Part shown: positions 29,756-38,359 of the stretch, one piece after another | How positions within the stretch are numbered: the stretch's first letter is position 1 | Layout: each line of letters starts with the position of its first letter | NCBI GenBank assembly: GCA_965197645.1 | Contig: OZ240219.1 | Coordinates: 3,136,001 to 3,200,000, forward strand | Origin: Dehalococcoidia bacterium | Lineage (GTDB): Bacteria > Chloroflexota > Dehalococcoidia > Plut-88900 | DNA length: 64,000 nucleotides | Direction: 5' to 3' | The notes under the pieces: model-generated | What the model was told of the DNA's origin: nothing | Database searches by the model: none | The model's input: only the letters and a program-made list of their open reading frames with translations | Translations under genes and position numbers: made by a program

Positions 29756-31048
29756 ATGACTGATAAATCCGAAAAAGCTTCCCTCTGGAAACTGATCAGG
29801 TCGCGCAACTTCAGCCTGCTGTGGGGGGCCGGAGGTCTATCTGCCATCGGCGACCAGTTCGATCTGATTGCGTTCCCTTGGCTGGTGCTGGTTGTCACCG
29901 GAGACCCCCTGGCGATTGGCCTTGTCATAGCGGTGGGCAACATTCCCACTTTCTTCTTCTTGCTCTTGGGCGGGTCGCTCGTCGATCGGTTCTCACCGCG
30001 CATCATGATGCTGACCAGCGACGGCATACGGGTTGTGCTGTGTGCATCTCTGGCCGCTCTGATCCTGACCGATATCACCTACCTGTGGCTTATATACCTG
30101 TTCGCGTTACTCAAGGGAATCACGGACTCCTTCTACTATCCCGCACATTTTGCGATACTGCCGCGCATAGTGCCTATGGGCCTGTTGCGACAGTCCAACG
30201 CCGTTGTGCTTACAACGACCGAGCTTAGCAGCTTCATAGGCCCTGCGCTGGCCGGCGGCCTCATAGCGTTGTTCAGCGGCGGCCCGGCCTCCGCGTCCAG
30301 CGCGGACAAGACCGGCATAGGGCTGGCGTTCGCCGTGGCGGTAGTCCCCTTCGCGGTCTCGGCGCTGATGCTTCTGCTGATGCGAATGAATGACTCCGGC
30401 CCCGAAGTATCCAGCAAAGACGTAGAGGGGACTGGGGTGCTGGCGTCCATTGGGCAGGGGCTTCGGTACGTGGGCGCAGACGGAGCTATGCTCGCTGCTT
30501 TCCTGCTCATCGCCGGGGTGGACCTTCTCATAGAAGGGCCGCTGATAGTGGGACTGCCGATTCTGGCGGATACTAGGCTTGCGGAAGGCGCGTTGGCATT
30601 GGGAGTCATCACTTCCGCATTTGCCGGAGGATCGGTACTCGGCGCTGTCCTGGCGGGTACACTACCCGCACCGGGTCGTGGACTGGGGCCCATCTTCGTT
30701 ATACTCACCGCTCTATCCGGCTTGCTCATGATGCCTGTCGGGTTTCTGGGAGCGATGTGGGCGGCGGCGGGCATCGCGTTGGGGATTGGGTTGACGGCAG
30801 GACACGTGGACATCTTGTTCACGTCGTGGCTTCAGGGCCGCGTGCAGCGGGCGATGCTGGGCCGGGTGATGAGCCTGCTGATGGTCGTAACGGTTGGACT
30901 ATCGCCTATCTCTATCGCGGCTTCGGGTGCGCTGATAAGGCTGAGCCTGGAATGGGTAATCTTCGGCGCGGGCGCCCTGATGGCGATGTTCACCCTCGCC
31001 CTGGGCCTGCGGCGTGAAATACGCACGATAAGAATGACCGAGAAATAG
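29756..31048 (+). CDS. MFS transporter (DHA3/macrolide-efflux-like)
   Basis: About 12 hydrophobic segments, GGSLVDRFSPR motif A, MLGRVMS. Confidence 0.9.
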   Translation: MTDKSEKASLWKLIRSRNFSLLWGAGGLSAIGDQFDLIAFPWLVLVVTGDPLAIGLVIAVGNIPTFFFLLLGGSLVDRFSPRIMMLTSDGIRVVLCASLAALILTDITYLWLIYLFALLKGITDSFYYPAHFAILPRIVPMGLLRQSNAVVLTTTELSSFIGPALAGGLIALFSGGPASASSADKTGIGLAFAVAVVPFAVSALMLLLMRMNDSGPEVSSKDVEGTGVLASIGQGLRYVGADGAMLAAFLLIAGVDLLIEGPLIVGLPILADTRLAEGALALGVITSAFAGGSVLGAVLAGTLPAPGRGLGPIFVILTALSGLLMMPVGFLGAMWAAAGIALGIGLTAGHVDILFTSWLQGRVQRAMLGRVMSLLMVVTVGLSPISIAASGALIRLSLEWVIFGAGALMAMFTLALGLRREIRTIRMTEK

Positions 31049-31063
31049 ACCAACTGCCCCGTC

Positions 31064-31132
31064 GCTCGCAACGACGGCGTTGTCATTGCGAGCTCCGACT
31101 TTGTCGGGGCGTGGCAATCTAGCCAGGTTTGG
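31064..31132 (+). repeat. REP-like GTCATTGCGAG...GGCAATC element with partial inverted copy
   Basis: 31082-31132 matches 15490-15540 at 47/51 nt; preceded by the inverted half GCTCGCAACGAC. Confidence 0.85.
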
Positions 31133-31220
31133 CCGAACGGGGTTTTCGGCACTCAGTTAGTACTGAGAGACGGGCTCGGGGAGTGATTACTGGTACCGGG
31201 GCACCCGATACGGCTACCGG

Positions 31221-33050
31221 CTACTTCCCCACCTTCAGTATGGACATGAAGGCCTCCTGGGGAATCTCCACGTTGCCCACCCGCTTCATCCGCTTCTTGC
31301 CCTCGGCCTGTTTCTCCAACAGCTTCCGCTTGCGGGTAACGTCGCCGCCGTAGCACTTGGCCAGAACGTTCTTCCGAAGCTGCTTTATCGTCTCCCGGGC
31401 GATTATCTTGTTGCCGATGGCAGCCTGGAGGGGCACGTCGAAAAGCTGGCGAGGAATCAGGCTGCGAAGGGATTGGACCAGCGCCCGGCCCCGGTGGTAG
31501 GCCTGCTCCGAATGCACGATGAGCGATAGTGCGTCCACCGGCTGTTCGTTTACCAGGACGTCCAGCTTGACCATCTGTGCTTTCCTGTACTCCAGGAAGG
31601 TGTAGTCCAAGGTGGCGTACCCCCGGGTGCTGGACTTGAGGTGGTCGTAGAAATCGACCAGCATCTCCGATAGAGGCATCTCGAACTCCAGCACAACCCG
31701 TCGTTGGCCCTGCGCTACTGAGTCCGTATGGCCTGCCCCCAGGTAGTCCATCTTGGCGTAAACGCCTCGCCTGGCTTTCACCAGCTCCATGACCGGACCG
31801 ATGTACCTGTCCGGCGTGACGATGCTTAGCTCCAGCCACGGCTCCTCTATCGATTCGATCTCCTGGTGGGGCGGCATATCGGCAGGGGACTCTATGATCC
31901 GCTCACCGCCCGTGTCCAGGTTCAGCTTGTAGGCTACGCTGGGAGAGGTGGTGATAAGGTCCAGCCGGTACTCTCTTTCCAACCGCTCCTGTACTATCTC
32001 CATGTGGAGCAGCCCCAGAAACCCACAGCGGAATCCGGGACCCAGCGCCCCGCTCTCTTCGGGTTCGTAGACCAGCGAGGCATCGTTGAGGGTCAGCTTG
32101 TCCAGCGCCTCTCGCAGCATCGGGTAGTCGTGGGTATCGACGGGATACAGACCGGCGAACACCATGGGTTTCATGGGCCTGTATCCGGGCAATGGCTCCA
32201 AGGCGGGGGTGTCATCGCTGGTAATGGTATCTCCAACGCGACAGCGGGCCACGTCTTTCAGTCCTGTAGCTACACCACCCACTTCCCCCTGCCCCAGGGC
32301 GTCGACTTCCTCGGTCCGGGGGCTGAACACCGAGACCTCCAGCCCCTCGAAGCGGACCCCATTGGACATGACCCTCAACGCCTCTCCCTTGGAGATCCTA
32401 CCGTCGAACAGACGGACGTGTGCAACGACGCCTTTGTAGGGATCGTACTTGGAATCAAAGATCAGCGCTCTCAGGGGAGCCACGCCATCGGTCTCGGGGG
32501 GAGGTATACGCTCCACTATGGCATCCAAAATCTCCTCGGTGCCGAGGCCATCCTTCGCCGAGGCGAGAATCACCTCGTCTCGGGAGTACCCCAGCGCCTC
32601 CCCGATCTCGTCTATCACCCGGTCCGGGTCGGCATTGGGCAGGTCTATCTTGTTGACCACGGGGACGAGGTACAGGTCCTGGTCCAAGGCCATGTAGACG
32701 TTAGCCAAGGTCTGGGCCTGAATGCCCTGGGAGGCGTCCACCACGAGGATGGCGCCTTCGCAGGCGCTCAGACTGCGGGATACCTCGTAGCTGAAGTCCA
32801 CGTGGCCCGGCGTATCGATGAGGTTGAGCTCGTAGGACTGGCCGCCGTTGCTGCGATAGTTCAGCCGTACCGCCTTGGCCTTGATGGTGATGCCCCGCTC
32901 CCGCTCCAGGTCCATATCGTCCAGGAGCTGCTCCCGCATCTCTCGCGGGGCAATGGCCCCGGTGTATTCCAGAAGCCTATCCGCCAGGGTGGACTTGCCG
33001 TGGTCTATGTGGGCAATTATGCAGAAGTTTCGGATGTACTTCGGGTCCAT
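31221..33050 (-). CDS. lepA: Translation elongation factor 4
   Basis: [40 protein letters not shown]. Confidence 0.99.
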   Translation of the reverse strand: MDPKYIRNFCIIAHIDHGKSTLADRLLEYTGAIAPREMREQLLDDMDLERERGITIKAKAVRLNYRSNGGQSYELNLIDTPGHVDFSYEVSRSLSACEGAILVVDASQGIQAQTLANVYMALDQDLYLVPVVNKIDLPNADPDRVIDEIGEALGYSRDEVILASAKDGLGTEEILDAIVERIPPPETDGVAPLRALIFDSKYDPYKGVVAHVRLFDGRISKGEALRVMSNGVRFEGLEVSVFSPRTEEVDALGQGEVGGVATGLKDVARCRVGDTITSDDTPALEPLPGYRPMKPMVFAGLYPVDTHDYPMLREALDKLTLNDASLVYEPEESGALGPGFRCGFLGLLHMEIVQERLEREYRLDLITTSPSVAYKLNLDTGGERIIESPADMPPHQEIESIEEPWLELSIVTPDRYIGPVMELVKARRGVYAKMDYLGAGHTDSVAQGQRRVVLEFEMPLSEMLVDFYDHLKSSTRGYATLDYTFLEYRKAQMVKLDVLVNEQPVDALSLIVHSEQAYHRGRALVQSLRSLIPRQLFDVPLQAAIGNKIIARETIKQLRKNVLAKCYGGDVTRKRKLLEKQAEGKKRMKRVGNVEIPQEAFMSILKVGK

Positions 33051-33070
33051 ATTGGACAAGGCGTTAGTCT

Positions 33071-34261
33071 TTAGCTTCCCGGCGTCGCAGCCGTTTTCAC
33101 CTGGCTCTTGAACGCGGGCATGACCTCTTCACCGAACCGCTGCAGCTGCTCCACAATCACCGCTTGGGGAGTGCCGATGCCGTGGCCCACGTGAATCTCT
33201 TCCAGGCCGGGGTACTGCTCCTGCACCCGCATGAGCTTTTCGATGATCATCTCCGGAGTGCCACAGAGCCACTCGCCGGCCTTGGCCGCTCCCTCTATAC
33301 CCGGCAGACCGGCTGCCGGGGCTGCTTTAGGGTCGCCCAGCTGCACGATCTGCTCGTCGGACAGACCCCGCACCATGTTCAGGGGGGCGAACATCTTCAT
33401 GTCCTCGAAGTAGTACTTCTCCGCTTCCCGTATCGCCTTCTCTTCCGTCTCGGCGATGTGGAAGGAGAAGCCGAACACGCTATCACCTCCCAGCTCCGTC
33501 TCCCGACCATGCTGGGCCAGGGTCTCCTGCCAGGATCGGGCCACGTTCTCGCTGGCGCCGCCGGGGGCTACACCGCCGCCGATGATCGCCTTGATACCGT
33601 GCTTGGCCATGAAGTTCAAGCCCCTGGGACTGGCGCTGACCACGGGCTGATAGCAATCGACGGGCAGGGTGCGCGGCCTAGGCACCAGGGTGATCTCTTC
33701 CAACTCGTAACCCCGGTAGGGGACCTTGGGCGGGATCTCATAGTGCTTGCCGTGGTGGGAGAAGCTCTGCTCGTTGAAGGACTTGAATATCAGGTCCACC
33801 TGCTCTTCGAACAGCTCACGGTTCGCATCCTGGTCCAGCAGGGGGTTGCCGAAGACCTCGACTTCCCGCGTATGATAGCCCCGTCCCACGCCGAAGATCA
33901 CACGTCCCTTCGTGAGGTGGTCCACTATGGCGAAGTCCTCGGCCAACCGCAGCGGATGCCACATGGTTGTGATGTTGAAACCGCTCCCCACCTTGATGTT
34001 CTTGGTGCGGTGGCATATCTCCATGGCGAACAGCATTATGTTGGGGATGCACTCGTAGCCCTCCCGTTGGAAGTGGTGCTCCGCCAGCCAGATAACGTCG
34101 AACCCCATATCGTCCATGCACTTTGCCATGGCGAGGGTCTTATCGAAGATCGTCGCCAGGTGATCATCGGAGAACCACCTATCGTTGACCGCGGTGCCTT
34201 CGAGACCGACGTTGTCCATGTCCACGTGCCCTGCGAATAGACTGCCAAACCTGGTAATCAT
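33071..34261 (-). CDS. LLM class flavin-dependent oxidoreductase
   Basis: [21 protein letters not shown]. Confidence 0.92.
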   Translation of the reverse strand: MITRFGSLFAGHVDMDNVGLEGTAVNDRWFSDDHLATIFDKTLAMAKCMDDMGFDVIWLAEHHFQREGYECIPNIMLFAMEICHRTKNIKVGSGFNITTMWHPLRLAEDFAIVDHLTKGRVIFGVGRGYHTREVEVFGNPLLDQDANRELFEEQVDLIFKSFNEQSFSHHGKHYEIPPKVPYRGYELEEITLVPRPRTLPVDCYQPVVSASPRGLNFMAKHGIKAIIGGGVAPGGASENVARSWQETLAQHGRETELGGDSVFGFSFHIAETEEKAIREAEKYYFEDMKMFAPLNMVRGLSDEQIVQLGDPKAAPAAGLPGIEGAAKAGEWLCGTPEMIIEKLMRVQEQYPGLEEIHVGHGIGTPQAVIVEQLQRFGEEVMPAFKSQVKTAATPGS

Positions 34262-34277
34262 CTCTTACCTCCCTTTC

Positions 34278-35039
34278 TTAGGCCCAGCCGCCGAATACTG
34301 CGTGACCGGCCCTCATCCAGAAACAATCGGCGTCTTTGAACCCGGCCTCTCTCATCCAGACCAGCTGGTCCGCCAACCTGGAAGGCTGGTCGAACTCGTC
34401 GGGTACTTCGACGTCATAGAAGTTCCATCCGTCGTCTCGGAAGAAGTCGAAAGCCTTCAGCTCGCCCGTCTTCTCCATGCTTTGAGCCCGAACGGCCCGG
34501 TACCACTGCGCGGCGAAGACGCCCTTGGCTTCTTCCGACATCGGCTCCGCCAGGTCCATCACGATGAACGCTCCGCCCGGCTCCAGCCGGGACGCTATGT
34601 CCCGAAACAGCTTGCGCTTTCCCTCGGCGTCCAGGTGGTGCACGATCAAAGAGGCCAGGACGCATCGCAACGCGCCGGGCAGCTCCTCTCGCCAGTCGTC
34701 GTCAACCAGCTCAAAGTGGGTTACCTGGAACCGCTCCCCGAAGGGAGCAAGCATCTCGTTCAGCCTTCGGCGCATCATCGGCGAGCCGTCCTTCGCCAGG
34801 TACCGGCAGTTGGGGTAGGCCTGCAGAACGGCCCGGGCCAGCGTTCCGTCCCCGGCGCCCAACTCAACGACGGTGAAGGCCTCGTCGTGCCGGGCTGGTA
34901 TCAGGCCCGTTATCGTATCGATCAACTCCGGCCGGGAGGGCACGAAGATGTCCGCCTGATCGACGAACACCTCGGAGGCGTCTTCGTCCCAGCCCTGGAC
35001 CTGCACTGTATTTGTCTCTTCGCTCAACCTGTTTACCAA
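34278..35039 (-). CDS. Class I SAM-dependent methyltransferase
   Basis: VVELGAGDG motif I, HHL, LEPGG. Confidence 0.88.
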   Translation of the reverse strand: MVNRLSEETNTVQVQGWDEDASEVFVDQADIFVPSRPELIDTITGLIPARHDEAFTVVELGAGDGTLARAVLQAYPNCRYLAKDGSPMMRRRLNEMLAPFGERFQVTHFELVDDDWREELPGALRCVLASLIVHHLDAEGKRKLFRDIASRLEPGGAFIVMDLAEPMSEEAKGVFAAQWYRAVRAQSMEKTGELKAFDFFRDDGWNFYDVEVPDEFDQPSRLADQLVWMREAGFKDADCFWMRAGHAVFGGWA

Positions 35040-35086
35040 TTTCTAACTTAGGCGTAAGAACGATATTGCCATTGACCCGACCTCTT

Positions 35087-35701
35087 CTAGTGGGCCGGCG
35101 AGAAGGAGGATGGGACCATGATCTTGTTCTGCATCACGTTGATGAACTCGCCCGTATTCGGGGGCCATGCGCCCGCGTCGATCGCCGCTTGCCGGATTCG
35201 CGCCCTCTCCTCCAAGCTCTCGTAGGGCCAGATGTGGATCAGCTTGGAAAGGGTTCCCAGGTCGGTGTATCCGCAGGCGAAGCACTTGGAGTACTCCTCC
35301 CGCCCGGGGATCTTCTCGCCCCACCGTTTCATGATCTCCGGCATGGTCCCCGGTGCACAGTTGTACATCCGCATTTCGTATACATGTCCATAGTGACCCG
35401 GCTCGATGGGGCTCATGAACGGCGCCGGCACCATTATCTCCGATTCCTGCTGTACTATCAGGTGCCCATCGTTGGGCGGCCAATGGGGGTCCTTCATGGC
35501 CGCCTCGCGCACCTCGGTCCGGTGTTTCAGGTCGTCGTAGCCCCACATGTGAATGATCTGGTTCAACGGGCCGATCTCCGTGTGCCAGCACCCCGCCAGC
35601 TTGGAGTATTTCTCCCGATGGGGCAACGCCTCGGCGAACTCCTTCTCGAACTGGGGCATCGCTCCCGGTTGCAGAATATATGACCTGATTTCGTATAGCA
35701 T
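35087..35701 (-). CDS. NIPSNAP family protein (two domains)
   Basis: Duplicated YE.R.Y...PG and HxWxY...R motifs. Confidence 0.9.
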   Translation of the reverse strand: MLYEIRSYILQPGAMPQFEKEFAEALPHREKYSKLAGCWHTEIGPLNQIIHMWGYDDLKHRTEVREAAMKDPHWPPNDGHLIVQQESEIMVPAPFMSPIEPGHYGHVYEMRMYNCAPGTMPEIMKRWGEKIPGREEYSKCFACGYTDLGTLSKLIHIWPYESLEERARIRQAAIDAGAWPPNTGEFINVMQNKIMVPSSFSPAH

Positions 35702-35719
35702 TTCTTCCCTCCAGCTGCG

Positions 35720-36673
35720 CTAGTTTGAGGCCAAGGGCATGATCTTCGTGGCGAAGAGTTCCATCTCCGAGAGTTGGGCGTCTACCGTTTCTCCGAAGAA
35801 GGGGAACATCATAGTCTGCACGCCCACCTCGTCGAAGGATTTGATGTCGTCCGCCACCTGTTGAGGGGTGCCTGTGAACAGGCTTCGTTCGCCTTCGGGG
35901 CCCTTCTCAACTTCATGCGGATTGTAGGTGGCGGGATAGTAGGCTATGCCAATCTCGTCCGGGTCTCTGCCGATCTTTTCAGCGTTGGCCCGTATGCGAG
36001 ACCTGTATTCTACCAGCCGCTCCTTCGTGTCCACCGGAAATCTGGGGTTGTTGCCGATGGGGAACCAAGCATCTCCCAGCCGGGCGGTCCGCCGCAGCGC
36101 CGGCGGACTCTCGCCGCCGACCCACAGAGGAGGGTGCGGCTTCTGCACCGGTTTGGGCTCGAAGTTTATGTCCGAGAAACTGCAGTACTTCCCATCGAAG
36201 GTGGGGTTGTCGCTGGTCCAAAGCTCCTTGAACGCGGCGAGATACTCGTCGCTTATGGCACCCCTCTCCTCGAAGGGAGGTGATCCCAGGGCTTGGAACT
36301 CCTCCTCCATCCATCCCACGCCGCAACCCAGTATCAGGCGGCCGTTGCAAAGCACGTCAATCGTCGCCAGAATCTTGGCGGTGAAGATGGGGTCTCGATA
36401 GGGAAGGACCATGACCGCCGAGACCAGCTTTGCCTTGGACGTCTGCCCTGCCAGAAAGCTCATCGTCGAGAGCATCTCCAGGCAATCGGTGCCGCCGGGC
36501 CACGCGCCCGAGTCGTTATAGGGATAGATAGAGTCGATCGTTTTCGGCATCACAAGGTGGTCGCTGACGCTGATCAGCCCGAAGCCCATCTCCTCGCCGC
36601 CCCTGGCGACGGCCGCTATGTTATCGGGAGTCGCTACTGGGCCGCTGTCCGGGACGCCGAATCCGAATTCCAT
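35720..36673 (-). CDS. LLM class F420-dependent oxidoreductase
   Basis: SDHLV, GCGVGWMEEEF, PKPVQKPHPPLWVGG. Confidence 0.92.
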   Translation of the reverse strand: MEFGFGVPDSGPVATPDNIAAVARGGEEMGFGLISVSDHLVMPKTIDSIYPYNDSGAWPGGTDCLEMLSTMSFLAGQTSKAKLVSAVMVLPYRDPIFTAKILATIDVLCNGRLILGCGVGWMEEEFQALGSPPFEERGAISDEYLAAFKELWTSDNPTFDGKYCSFSDINFEPKPVQKPHPPLWVGGESPPALRRTARLGDAWFPIGNNPRFPVDTKERLVEYRSRIRANAEKIGRDPDEIGIAYYPATYNPHEVEKGPEGERSLFTGTPQQVADDIKSFDEVGVQTMMFPFFGETVDAQLSEMELFATKIMPLASN

Positions 36674-36767
36674 TTTCTTATCCCTTCTGGTCGGCTACAT
36701 ATACCGGGATGTACCCAAGCTTCCTACGCTGCACCGGTTTTCTGGAGGGTTCTTGATGAATGTTAGC

Positions 36768-36852
36768 TGGTGCGGAAGGTGGGACTCGAACCCACACGCC
36801 CGAAGGCACATGATCCTAAGTCATGCTCGTCTGCCAATTCCGACACTTCCGC
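36768..36852 (-). tRNA. tRNA-Leu(TAG)
   Basis: GCGGAAG acceptor stem, D-loop TGG, anticodon arm CATGA-CTTAGGA-TCATG, long variable arm, GGTTCGAGTCC, encoded CCA. Confidence 0.97.
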
Positions 36853-36940
36853 CGGCGGATGATGGCCGGTAGACGTAATCCTACCATACCGAGCCTGTTT
36901 TAGAATGCCCCATCGAGATAGTGCAGAGGAATCCTTTCCT

Positions 36941-38260
36941 CTACTCTTCATACCACCCCGATCCAAATATCAGCCCATCATAGAGCACTGCCCAAGTGTG
37001 CTTCTGCCGGTCATCCCCCGTTTCAGGATTCAACAGCACGTAGTCAACCCAACGTCCCGACTCGGTGGCGCCCAGCAGGTCGTCACCGTAGAAGTAACCG
37101 GTGGCATCGACGCGAAGGGCAGGGTCCCGGCCTCTAAACATCGGGTTATGGTGGGATATGGTGTAGCCGTTCTCGTCTACGATGAAGACGTACCACTGGC
37201 CGTCCACGCTCTCCCTTGTGTTGTAGTAAGCGACTGTGGCATCGCGGCCGATGGCAGTGTAGAGGTTGATGGCCCTCGTCACGAAGTCCTGCGTGTATGA
37301 GGGTGCGTCGTGCTTACCGGCCGCCTGCTCATACCAGCCTGATCCAAAGGTTATACCGTCATGTTCAACCATCCAGGAGTGCTTGGCCTCGAAGCCCCCG
37401 GTGGCGGGGTTAGCGAAGGTGTAGCTGAACCACTCACCATCCTCATCGGCCACTGCAATTACCGCTTCTCCGGCGGGATAGTCGTTAGGTCCGATGGCCT
37501 CCGAGGCGGGCCGGCCGACTAGGTCCGGGTTGGCGGCGTGGGCCAGCATCGTGTCATCGTCGAGGATGAACATGTACCACTGGCCATCAATGCTCTCATC
37601 GGTGTTGTAGTAGGCGACGGTATCTTCCAGGCCCAGGGCGTTGTAGAGGTTTATGGAGTTCGCCACGAAGTCCTGCGTGTATGCTGGAGCGTCGTGCTTG
37701 CTGGTTAACGTCTCATACCAACCCGATCCAAAGGTCAAGCCGTCATGTTTGACCATCCAGGAGTGTTTGGTCCCGGCGGTGCCCGAGACCCTGTACTCGA
37801 AGGGGTAGCTGAACCATTCACCATCCTCATCGGCCACTGCAATTACCGCTTCTCCGGCGGGATAGTCGTTAGGTCCGACGGCCTCCGAGGCGGGCCGGCC
37901 GACTAGGTCCGGGTTGGCGGCGTGGGCCAGCATCGTGTCATCGTCGAGGATGAACATGTACCACTGGCCATCAATGCTCTCATCGGTGTTGTAGTAGGCG
38001 AGAGTGGCATCGAGACCTTCCGAGTTGTACTTGTTGATGGCCGCTTTAACAAAGTACTTGGTGTACTCGTCGGGCTCCCACTTGGGAGGTACGGTCGCCT
38101 GCGCCTGCTGCTGCTCGATGATGTCTGCGATGGCAGCCTCATCTATGGAGGCGGATTCTCCCGGAGGCCCCGCAGGTCCAGCGGGTCCGGCTTTTCCCTG
38201 GCAGGCGGCAACCAGCAGGACAAGAACGAGGATCGGGACTATCACGAAAGGTGCTCGCAT
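36941..38260 (-). CDS. Lipoprotein with three tandem Cache-like sensory domains
   Basis: Lipobox LVAAC, collagen-like GPAGPAGPPG, three repeats of YYNT.ES.DGQWY.FI.D...KH.W....DG..FGSGWYE. Confidence 0.85.
   Translation of the reverse strand: MRAPFVIVPILVLVLLVAACQGKAGPAGPAGPPGESASIDEAAIADIIEQQQAQATVPPKWEPDEYTKYFVKAAINKYNSEGLDATLAYYNTDESIDGQWYMFILDDDTMLAHAANPDLVGRPASEAVGPNDYPAGEAVIAVADEDGEWFSYPFEYRVSGTAGTKHSWMVKHDGLTFGSGWYETLTSKHDAPAYTQDFVANSINLYNALGLEDTVAYYNTDESIDGQWYMFILDDDTMLAHAANPDLVGRPASEAIGPNDYPAGEAVIAVADEDGEWFSYTFANPATGGFEAKHSWMVEHDGITFGSGWYEQAAGKHDAPSYTQDFVTRAINLYTAIGRDATVAYYNTRESVDGQWYVFIVDENGYTISHHNPMFRGRDPALRVDATGYFYGDDLLGATESGRWVDYVLLNPETGDDRQKHTWAVLYDGLIFGSGWYEE
37421..38001. repeat. 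Near-identical intragenic direct repeat (197 bp x2, period 384 nt)
   Basis: 37421-37617 vs 37805-38001; two mismatches seen by eye. Confidence 0.9.
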
Positions 38261-38359
38261 TATCGCTCGTTGAGTTTGGGCGGTCTTTGTCTAGGCCTTG
38301 AGCGGCCCCACATGATCGGGAGCAATTGGGGGAGTATCTCCCGCATAACCAACGCAAGA

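Noticed and set aside
36768-36852. tRNA-Leu as the integration site of the element
   Set aside because: The element lies on the tRNA 5' side, 4 kb away; no duplicated tRNA 3' end was seen, and the integrase is serine-type
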